Origin: Tubiluchus corallicola
Taxonomy: Eukaryota > Animalia > Priapulida
Length of the DNA: 64,000 bases
Assembly: GCA_030141605.1 (NCBI GenBank)
Contig: JAQGDQ010000039.1
Span: forward strand, 248,001-312,000
Direction: 5' to 3'
The notes beneath the pieces are model-generated. The model did not search any database and had not been told where the DNA came from. It was given only the letters and a program-made list of their open reading frames with translations. Shown in pieces: positions 26,048 through 38,000 of this stretch. Numbering within the stretch: position 1 is the first letter of the stretch; the number at the start of each line of letters is the position of its first letter. A program made the translations under genes and the position numbers.

Positions 26048-29000
26048 TTATCTATCTATCTTTCTCTTGATTTACCTCTTTTTCTCTTTTTTCTCCCTCT
26101 CTGGACAAAAATTTGAGAAAGCAATGATTACTGTTGCACATGCTGTAGCTTTAAAATTTACTTTTGTTATATTTTTCCGTGAGCATGCAGTACTATAGTT
26201 GCCTGGAACAGCTTTGTCATAACGTCGTTTTAGAGATTGCAATTAACAGGCCAGTCAAAACCTGCATTCCTCTGAAAAAATAAATAAGCGTAAAATAAAA
26301 TGAATAAATTTCAAATAATCAAAATTTAATAAATTTTACAAAAAATCGCCACTTTATGGCAGATTGCGTGAAGTAACAACCTGATAATACATTGTGTTTA
26401 ACAATGTGACCAGTGAGAACTAGTAGTATTTATATATATATACTTAAATACTTAATAACTATATATAATATATAATATATGATTAGGTCATAATTTGTTA
26501 CAAATGATTAACAAGGAAAACGTTATTTTTTATCTTAATTCACGTTACAATAGCTACTAAAATCTATGATTATCTTTGATATATTCTAGACCAGAAATAT
26601 AAATTTTTTACGGAAAAATTCTTACAGTCTAAAGGTGCGTCTTTTTAATAGTGATAACAGTTTAATAAATTAAAGTTTTAACAGTGATTGTATCCTTTTA
26701 TCGAAAATTTATCACTTTTGTATAAATCAGCTGTATACGGAAGACATCTGTTAATTTTAAGTATTTAATCTCGTACGTAAATAATTTATCTGTAAATAAT
26801 TTTATTGTGGTAGAATTTTATGTGTGTGTAACGTGGTTGCTATTGTACATATGTAGTACTTTTTATTGTATGTGTGTGCCGATATTATAGGTTTTTGCCT
26901 GAAATACAGTGCATCTTATATTTTTATCTTTTATAGGAATTCTGTGATGAAATAAGTAACACACCTTAAAGTGGATGATTTGTTTTGAGCCTACTTACTT
27001 CCGTCGCAGCTGACTTCACTGCTGCATATAACGTCTCCATCAGCACAAGTGCATGTAAACGATTGGCCATCTGAATCACAATCAGCAGGAGGGCCAGTGC
27101 TTGGACAGTTGGCACAAAGATCAGCTGAAAAGTAAAAACATTATATTAACGACCAGAGTAGCATGTTGGTCTCTAAAATACACCAAGGTGAATGCATTTC
27201 TATTTAATTTATTTATCTAAATTATCACTCTGAACTGCAAAAATAAAAAACTTCAAAGAACAGCTATTTTCCATTAACCGAGCAATACGTTCTCTTTTTC
27301 TTACATCTTTATTCTTACATCTCTAGTGTAATCTTTATTATACACACTATCGGCGACTTTAGAACATCTGTATCTGTTTGTACTATTCGATTTCAAGCAT
27401 ATAACTGAATACTTTGTCATGAATTATCGATTGGAGATTTGATTTTCATCACTATGTTTAGAAATGTAAAATATCGCAATTATATCAATATTATTTCTTC
27501 ATTCTCAGACATATGCTTCTTTCAGCCTGAGAAGGACGTATGAGAAATTAGCTCCTATAGTTGACAAAGATTTAGATTGGCAAAGAACCTGTTTTTCAGT
27601 CAGGGCTTCAACACGGAGCCTCTGCTTAAGCTGCAAGTGCTTTAACCAAATGCTTCTTTCCAGATTGACTTCTCAGATGAAAAGAACGTATAATAAATAA
27701 CGTAATCAGCATGAATTAGCTAATTTTGCACTTCGCTTCCATATCTTATCAGTCGCTGTTTTTTCTTATAAGGCGGTCTACTATTGAGTTATAGCAATTA
27801 GGTACCGAACAAATGAATCATTCTAATTCAGAAATGTCAACAACTTTGACTAGTGCCAAGTAGAACAAGTACCCTTCTGGCTGTTACCCTCTTAGCCCTC
27901 TGTGTGGAAATCGAAATTTGGGCTCCATTTTGGACGCACTTGTTATGCATTGTAGATGTCAGTTTCGAAAGACGCATTCAATTTTACAAAAAATGGCGAC
28001 AAAGTTATCCCCAAAAGCACCACCTAAAAGACGAAATTCAAGAAAAATCTCCTTTACTAGATCTGTTGTTCTTCTGTGTACCAGATTTGATCAAGATCTG
28101 ATCGCTCAAATTACGTATCCTTAGCGCTTTTAAATTCTCGGGGTTACCTCCAACGACGAGGAGCAACAACAACAGCAGCGACAACAACACCAACGCGAGT
28201 AAGTACTTCACACCTGATCTACGTATATAATCTCAAAATTTTATGCTTTTTATATAGAAAATATTTCTTTTACAATTTTTTTTCCATTTATATTCCGTGA
28301 CAAACTTATTACCTGTCGTCTTAAGCCTAAAACCCAAATTTAACCCTGTGAATTATGATAACATTGGCTTTACCTGGTGTTTCACATAGGCGGCCTGTAA
28401 ACCCGGGAGGACAGTCACATAAAAAGAGGAATATTTTCCTCCGTCTGCAGGTTCCACCATTCTCGCAAAGGCTTGTTGGATTACAAGGTGCTCCCCCTGC
28501 AACACAAAAACAGAACTAAGTCGTCCCTACAAGCTACAGCAGACAAAAGTATTGTGTAGCTCTTTTGCCTCCGCAGCATCAATTTTTGTCAGCATTTGGT
28601 TGCATTTTGATAGCATAAGATTACTTATTAAAAAATTAGTAGAAACATGATAAAAATTTGAAAAAAATGATAAAAAAATTAGTGAAAAAATTACTGTATT
28701 TCAATTTCCACTTTTTCTTTCAAACGCCATCTCTCCCATGCTTAAGCATGTAATTACACGAAGTTATCATAACTTTGAAATAGATAAGACTTGCTGTAGT
28801 AGGCTGTGGGTCTAGTGTTGTAGACGTTGATTTTGTAATGCAAATGTCCATGTTTCAAATCCAGGTTCAGTCAAAACTTTTTCACGTTTGCTTTTAAAAT
28901 TTCAGAATTTGTGGGTTCATTTATTATGTATTTCAGATTTATTAGTGCTATTTATTTAATCAATAACCAATAACCAATAAATTGAATAACAAATAATTAC

Positions 29001-32000
29001 ATTCATTCTTTTGGCCGCCTCACTGAGTTAAATTGCAGAGTTGAATTCTGATGACTATTAATAATCGATCTATTTCTCCTTAAAATTAATGCATCCAGGA
29101 GGTTTACATTAATAAAATCGACCTTACCATCGTCGTCGTCGTCGTCGTCGTCATCGTCACTGGAAAGACAGTTTTTTAGGCATACAAATTTCCCACTAGT
29201 AAACAACTCGAGCCAGTTTGCACAATTATCGCAAGTACTTATAAGACTGCAAAATGCTCCATTATTTCGCGATGCTTCTTCTGCAACAAACAAAAGGGTA
29301 AAAGTCAGTAAATTATCTCTAAAAGAAAAAACTGCAGATAAATGTGGAAAATTGGGGAGACAAATTGACAGGAAGCCTGAGCTGGGACTAAGCAGCGCTT
29401 AGATGGTCGTCCACATTATGTAGCTGTAAATGGGCCCGCTCTAATGCGAGATTTTATGTTTTACAGAATGGTCGGGAAAAAACATCCTCCCAAATTTCTA
29501 GACCTTCATCGTTGTAGAAGCAGTTTTAAAAGAGAGCTGCGTGCCTGTATCATCGTACAGCCTGGTTTCTCCTCTGCAACAAAGAACTAGGAATTTCTCT
29601 CCAAGATTCCCACCAAGCGCCGCTAGGACGGTTTTCTACAAGGTGTTCCTCTAGGAACGGCGGGTAAAAACGTCCAAAACGTTGCAGGAACACCAAGTAG
29701 GAAAAACATTGTAGCGGCGTTTGGTGGGGTCTTGGAGGGCAATTTATAGGTCTTGAAACGAGGAAAAATGGGCTGTACAAGCGGATGTGGATCGCTTTTA
29801 CAAACGCCTCTACCAGGATGAAGGTTAACAAGTTAAACCGGAAACGGCTTTTTCTGGACAGCCCTGTATATAAACATAACTGAGAGATCCATAGTCAGTA
29901 GGATCCTGCCCCAAAGTACGTTTGGCCTTTGGTCAATGCTCGCCAATTAAAAACAGTTTAATCTATTTAGTAGCTCTATGTTTTGTAGCATTTTACTTGA
30001 AAACGTTTTCACAGAGTCATATCTAAGCAACTGCAATTGTCTTAAATGTGTAACCTGTGCCAGATTAAGGCATGGGCTTTATGGGCTGCAGCCCAGGGCC
30101 CTCTAGAGATTAAGCGAAATTAATTATGCTGAATTACCGCTTTAAAAGGGGCTCAATTAATTAATATACTGTATAATCGTGGGCTGGCATTATGCCGATT
30201 TAATGTTTGCATTATGCTGTAGAAGCTGAATAAAGTGATTTGAAGAATCCAACATTCACGGTTTTGTTAATTGTCACTCGGGGGCCGGGGTCTCCCAGCA
30301 TCTGTAGCCCAGGGGTCTACAAAATCAAAATCCAGCCCTGTGTATTACTTTGCACTTTGGATTACATATTACTTTTGCCGAAAACCAAAACTAGTTTGTA
30401 TACCTAGATACGTAATTATGCATATGCCAACTATTTTTAAATAAATGGACTTAATGAAGAATAGCTATAGTCTGAGATGAATACATTTAATGGCGACAGA
30501 AAATAAAAATCTGTAAAATGTTGTTTTGCACAATTATTATCTGGAGCAATTGTTTATTTCAGCACAAACAAACAAAAATGGTTATTATTCTATCTTCTCC
30601 GTGGTGGAGAACAAAATAAGAGTAGAATTTAATTAAAATTATTTTGCGTAGTGTTGTTTCTAAATAGAATAATTAAACACAAAATAGATATTTTTTAAAC
30701 ATATTACTAGTTCGTTAACTGCACTAAAAACAAAATTAATTTGTTTAAATTTAGTTAAAACGTACCTGTTAGCAAAATAGTGAATACCAGAATCAACACA
30801 AAATGTTTCATAATTTTCAATTTCAAGCTAGAAAATAGAGGCGCTGTGCAAAAATGTACTAATGTCACTATAATGACTGTCAACCTGGAGACTGCCAAAA
30901 GTTGGTGAGCTACTGTTATAAGAACCACCCTAATAAACGCGCAGACCAAGGTTGAATTATTTTGCCTAGTTGAAAAACTCATTACTCATGTCTTGTTAAA
31001 CGGAAAGCTGAAAAATGTGCTTTTTGTTTTATAAAGTACAGTATATTATACAGTATTACGCAGACACACCAGAACAGGACATAATCCGCAAGGCGCAAGC
31101 CTTGAGAAGAAAAAGCCGCCTTATGAAAATGAATATATGCTAACCAGTGATTCCTGTCACACAGATAATCCATTTGCCCTCGTCCACCAATCACGGTTTG
31201 CCTAGCGTTATGTGGCGTTTACGTAGCATCCGAATGCGCGTGAATGTTAGGAGGTGCGGAACAGATAAAATCGGTTTATATTGTTTTCAACGCATCCGTT
31301 TGTGCAACCTGCGTTATTCTTTTTCTGCAGCTTATCCCATTGATTTTTCCGCAGGTGGAAACGCATACGCATCGGGGTGCTACGTAAACGCCACTTTAGC
31401 CATCAACCATAATCTGTAATAGGCTCACTGGTTGAGAGCTGAGAAGACGCCTTATTATGAAATGAATTTTGCCATTAATTTCATTTGCCATAAGGCACTT
31501 TGGGTCATCGCTAACGCGGTAATTAGCATGTTTGTGTTTACAGTTCACAATTCATTTATGTCATGAGAATTTATAACAGAATGGTCTCACAAACGCTCAC
31601 TAACACTGTAATTTGATATGTGCATTGCTAAAACGGAAAATGGCAAAATGCCTTCTTATCTACACAGAGTAAGGAGCATACTGGGGATTGTGATACGCCT
31701 TTTGAAAGATGCAAGACACCTTGTGGCTTACGGATTATGGATTATGGCTTTCTCCTTATGTCTTACTCTGTGTGACACAGACCTTGCAGTCGTACAGAAA
31801 ATTTCGTTTACATACATGAGTGCTGCAGTGTGCGGATAAGCAAATGTAATTAAACGTATCCGGCATTTATATGTACAGTACATGTGGTTTGAGAAATTAG
31901 TGGAAAGCAAAAAATGTTACGTTTGCTTTATATTTTTATCTTTAGAAGTACTCTAGAAGTAATCATGCTAATGACATTTAGAAGACAGTCATATCTTTGC

Positions 32001-35000
32001 AAAAAATAATAAAATGCATTTTATAAAAGAAAATAGCAGCAAGCACATAGCACTTATGCTAGTAATAATTATAATACAATATAAACTAATCCGCAATACA
32101 TTTACAAACACAGTTATAAAACAAATACATGGGCAGAAAAATTTTTATCATTAAACGAGAAAAAAACTTAAAAACCTAAAAAACCTTAAAAGAAACTTAA
32201 AACGGAGAGACACTACATACAGATAAGAGAAAATAGCTTACATAAAACGATTAAACGAGTAGCTTAAAAATTGCAGCTTGTTAGTCTTCTGTTGAAAATG
32301 GCAATGTTTGGTGCATTAACCACGTCATAATTAAGATCATTCCAGATAGGGACAACTCTATTTGCGAACGAATATTTTTATACCCCTAATCTAGAATAAT
32401 GTTTGAACAATTTGTAATTGTGACCACGTAAATTTTGGGTAGGAGCATGACAAAAGAAATCATCAAATGACAGGTCTACTAATTTATAAACAATCTTAAG
32501 ATCAAAAATTATTCGTCTGAGTTCGAGTGGTTGTAAATCTAAAATATGCAACCAGTCCAAGCAGCTAAAACACCAAGTTGACAATGGGCAAATAAACTGC
32601 ATGTAAAATATTGGTGAACCCTTTCTATAGCATGTGATGCGGAGACCACACTGGCGTACAATATTCAAGTAGAGACCTAACATAGGCTCTGTAAGCAGCC
32701 ATGAGGGCATTTTTTCTTCGTGGAGAAACAGTGAAAAAGCACGTTTACCACAGGAAAGGCTTTGGCAACTTGGTCTTTAACATATTTAGGAAAATTTAAG
32801 TTTGAACAGACAGTCGTTATAATCATTGCTAGCAGACAAAGTAACTCCATTTAAGATATATTGTAAGTGAGGATTACCGTGCCCCAAGTGGAGCATGGCG
32901 CACTTATGAGCAGCTATAGAAAGCTCCCAATGTACAGACCAAAGAGACAAGGTATTAATAGTATTTGCTAGTAAATGGTTGTCGTTAACAGAGGCATACA
33001 ATTTCAGCATATCGTCAGTGTATAGGCTACAATTAATAGCAGCTAATTCTTGTGGTAAATCGTTAATGAATAAAATAAACAAAATTGGTCTAAGTACACT
33101 GCTTGAGGTGTTCCACAAATTACCGGGCAAGAGAAAATTCTTGACCAACGAGAACTCTTTGGGTACGATTACTTAAAAATGCCCGGATTCATGCAAAAAG
33201 ATGACCAGAAATACCATAAGACTGCAATTTGGTAATCAACATACAATCAACTACAATTTGGTAAGACCGCCTTTGGGTAATCAACATACAGCACATCTAA
33301 TTGCAAACCTTTGTCAATACTTTTACACCAATCATTAACACATTCAAGTAACTGTGTACATGTGGTCCTGTTTTTCATAACACGATGTTGAGATTTAGAG
33401 ATTAAATTATGTAATAGCAGATAATCTAAAAGATCGTTTTTAATAAAAATTTCCATCGCCTTGCAAGCTACGCACCTTAGTGAAATGGGACGATAATTAA
33501 GGGGGTCTGCAGGGTCAGTCTACGACAATATCTCCGTCAAATTTTAAAGGGGCGACTCCTGATTTATAGTTGCGCTTACGATTAATGTATTTGAAAAGAG
33601 AGGCACTGTTATTTGAGTTGAAAATTCTGTGTTCTCTCGCGCAGTTCGAACGAAAAAAAAGCTGCCGAAACCTGCTTGGCTGCACGATTGTACTCTAATT
33701 TACCAGTAATAGATGGTGTCTTCGCTACAACAGTTTCTTTTTACGTTGCAGTTTACGTACATAGCTGGGGTGTATCTTTTTAAACGATACTGTTCTAGAC
33801 GGCACGTACAATGCAGTTACTATTCCTACTAGGCGCATAAACTAATTGGCTGAAACCGTTTTCTACAATAAAATTCGACAAAAGTAGTATACTGTAAAGT
33901 ATCAGGGTGGCTGTAGTCAACCCAGTTAAAAAGCGGCAAATTAAAGTGCAAATTAATATACAAAGGTAGGCAACATTGCATAATTCAGTAATACAATAAA
34001 ACAGATTATCTAAATCTTCACAATTGGGTGGGTTATACACACAAATTATTTTGCTTGGTGCACTGTCAATCAAATCAATTGCAATACGTTCACCTTCAAC
34101 AGTTTGTGGTTTACTAACTGGAATGGATTTTAATGTTTTATTTACAAATATGGCAACGCCGCCACCTCGTTGTACGACTCTCTCTTGACGGTGCAAAATG
34201 AAATTCCCATTTGCGCTGTCCAGGAAAACCATGGCTACAAAGTTTTCAAATGGAATGAATTTGCAAACATCAGCTTCCAAACAAAGTTACAGATTATATG
34301 CATTATAACAATGGAGATATACAAGAGCAATTAAACAAAGTAAATGACATTTATCTAGAGGCAGCTGAACAAACTCTCATTCCTAAGATGAACGTACCCA
34401 ACCAAAGCCCATTAAAATTTAAAAGAAAATCTAGCCAGCTCAAACCACCACGCCACGAAATAAATTATTTAAATGGGCAATTTAAAAATATCCACAGGAT
34501 AACTTTTTAAGGCACCAGCTAAAAAAACTCAGTAAAAAAGCTAAGGAAGAAGAAAAAAGACTTCACGTATTTATAAGTTTGGATTGCAGTCACATCAGTT
34601 CAAGAAACTTAAGTCGGCAATAACATCTCCGATCTCTACAGAAGAAGAAATCGGCATTACGGCAGCAAACTTTGATCATAGTTCTTTTATAACTCATTCA
34701 TTATTAATTCTTTATAAACTTTTATTTAAATAGCTGAAACAAATGCTACTCAGGTCATTTTTTTCCTTTTATTTCATTGCTGAAAACTACAACATTTAAC
34801 TGTGATATTGTATCTGTATACTTATACTTAATTAGTTAGCTAGTTTATCTATGTTAATACAAATTATACCAAAAATGTTAAATATTATTATTACGAACAC
34901 TGAAAATAACGTTTTGCACAAAGCTTTTATGAATTAACTTTATATGTACGCATTATTTGACATGTATGTTCTATATTGTGTTTTGCCTACGTGCATTATA

Positions 35001-38000
35001 ATTATGTATTTGAGCAATAAATTGAATTGAATTGATCATGCAGACGGGACGCTGCTGTCTAACCCTGACCCTGTAACACAAACTATGTCCGGTTTTTCCA
35101 GTGCCAAAAAGTCATTAAGTTCTGCTATTTTGTTCTTTTACGATCTTGCATTAATTAAGCAGCAGGGTAATAGTTTTTCTCTGGGTACTAGTTACCCTGA
35201 TGATGAGGCTGATTGTTTCGAGGTTGAGATTTAGACTGCACTGAATAACTTGCATCCTGTTTACCAACATTGTTAGAGTGCTTACCAGAGTGCTTTGTTA
35301 CCACTCAATGACAGCCGGTTTTTGCCCAGTGTGTGAACAATTGCCTTAATATCTGCCTGTAGAGAACGCTCATGTTTAGGGCGATCAGGCTGTGTAAAAA
35401 CTTCATTGAAAGCAACCGAGCCTTTTAATTTCGTTTTACATATTAGTATGTCCTATCTATCCTTTGGCGATCTTGTTCGAGCAACGACAACACCAACTTA
35501 CCCTGTCTTAGATTTTTTTCTTTCAGCTGTCTCAGTCTCAATGTCTGAGAGGGCTTACAGCGATGTATGTACATTATATATCATTGTTAGTTCAAAAAGC
35601 TTTACGCTTCAAGGATAAACATGTCAACAGTAAAATGGTTTGTTCAATGCCGTCTCTTGTAAGGTGTACATTGAAAAATTACATGTTTATATGTTGTTTC
35701 ATATCAATGAACAGCGAAAACTAAACAGTAAATTAGAGTCCAACCCAGAAACACTTCTAAAAGGCTGATTATGTTATGAAACCCTGCTAAACAAATTAAA
35801 AATGCCTTATTCGCACATAAGACACATATAGGAACATTAACATTAGAAACATTTAAAATTCTAAACAAAGAAGGGCCTAGCTACTTACCTGACCTTGTAG
35901 CAATTAAGAATCTAGATACTCTTTCCAATATGATAAAACTGCAAATGTACCGCGGGTAATATCTACTAAATTCGGTTTAAACTCTCTGATGTTTCGCTGC
36001 AGTTTTGTGGAGTAAATTGCCAAACATATATGAAATGCATCTAGTTATAGTTTCAAAAGACGATAAACATGTGAAAAGATGACGAATGTAAATGTATCGC
36101 ATGTCGTACAAATTGATAATTTTATGTTTCTTATTACACTGAAATTATAAACTATAAGCTGTTTGAAATGATCTTAACTCAATTGATCGTGAGTTTGATC
36201 TCCACTCAATTAAGTATAGTTAATTCTAGCATTTAAGTTAGTATTTTATATAATTATTACTTTAATGTCTACTAGAATTGAAAGTATTTTATTTTAGATG
36301 CAAAATTGTAAAGTCTTTTTACCACTTACCAGGTAAGTACTATTTTATATCAGTAGATTAGCTTTGTGATATGATTCATCCGATCTTAGGAGCAAGTGTT
36401 TTTTATGTTTATGTAAAACCAGACTTTAACTAAAGTTTGATTTGATTTGGCTCGACTTGAAAAAACCTTAAAATTAATAGTGACAGCAGAAACGCGTCAC
36501 GAGACTCGCAAAACGAAGTATAATCCTATTGAAAGAAAACTTCGTTCTAAACTCAGGTGCGCCAAAGGCATCTGTGACAAAGTCTGTTTGAGTGTCGATG
36601 TAACGCCAAGAATCACTAACGTTTAAAGAAAATTAAAAAGAATTTCGAAAATGTAGCAAAAACATTCCATACAAAGATATATTACTTAGAATTACGATTA
36701 CTTGTTTGAAAGGCATATGTAACTTGAAAATAAAGTTTTCAATTATTTAAAATCTGTGCTCCAACTACTAAAACGCCACTGGCTCACTACAGTGTGCACA
36801 AAAACGTCACTGAATCGCTATAAATATTTTAATCTTACTGAAAGTATAAAGTAATTTATGCATTTGCTTAATTAGCGAAAGTGTTCACTACAAATGTTCT
36901 GAACCCTTTTCGAATTTTACGCAATTTTATCTAAACTTTTATAGTTAAAACAACACAACTTTATTAAAACTTTGACTTTACATAAAGGACAAAGACACTT
37001 ATTTACAGTCGCTGGGACAACAGACAACATTAGCCATTTGCTACTATACGCGACTCTTAACAAATACAACAACACTGAGACGTCACAAATAAGACACAAA
37101 TAATAACACAGATAACAACTGTTTGCACCAATACAGGTGGTCGTGAGATTCGAACTCGGGCTGCAAGCAGAGAAGCGCCCACAGTCCGTTACCTTAGCAA
37201 CTCGGCCACCCGTACTGACAAAATAATCTTAGTTACATAGTTACAAATCATGCCAAACGTTTCGACAGACTATTGCTGTCATCATCAGTGGTAAAATTTC
37301 CTAACATACGACCAATTTATGCAGGCAGAGCCTATTATGCACTTCATATAATTAAGTCTTTAACAGAAGCCAAATAGGTAATGAATAACCCGACCAGAAA
37401 AGAAATTGATGCGGTAGCTTACGCGCTGCCTATATAAACTGGTTGTAGGTTTGTAAAATTTACCACTGATGATGACAGCAATAATCTGTTGAAACGTTTC
37501 GCAAAATTTTTTAACTATGTAAAGTAAAAGTTCTAATAAAGTTGTGTTGTTTTAATTATAAATGTTATTAAGTGCCTGTAATAAAAAAATCTAAACCTGC
37601 TTAAAGCCGTTAAAATGCCTGTCTCTAATGGCCAGAGCGGATGTTTAACGTAACAAGTTTTATGTAATCTTTGTGTGCTCTAACCAGCATGGATACAAAA
37701 TTTAAAGACTTTTTTCAGCTTTCCATTTTCTGTTTCCTTGTCCTTCAAATACCAAAGACTCATTCGTATTAATTTGTTTTATACGTCTGAAAACGCTATA
37801 ATTAATTTATCTCGTTCTTTTTTTCGGAGTCATAGCGTGTACCTTAACTAGGTACTAATAATTGTTCTCAACTATTAATAACGACGTAATGGGTCATCTA
37901 AATTACAGGTCCATATTGGCAAAGCGTTTTTATTTTGCTACAACGAACTTTAAACTGATTTAAGTAATGATTTAAGTTTCTACTTACAATAAAATGAAAA

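Noticed and set aside
551-30811. One giant gene with internally repeated modules starting at the 30.8-kb signal exon
   Set aside because: Separate terminal exons with stops (26255, 11832) and separate signal-peptide exons (9429, 38031, 58584) show distinct genes.
37134-37215. Functional tRNA gene
   Set aside because: Acceptor and anticodon stems do not pair; treated as a SINE head or pseudogene.
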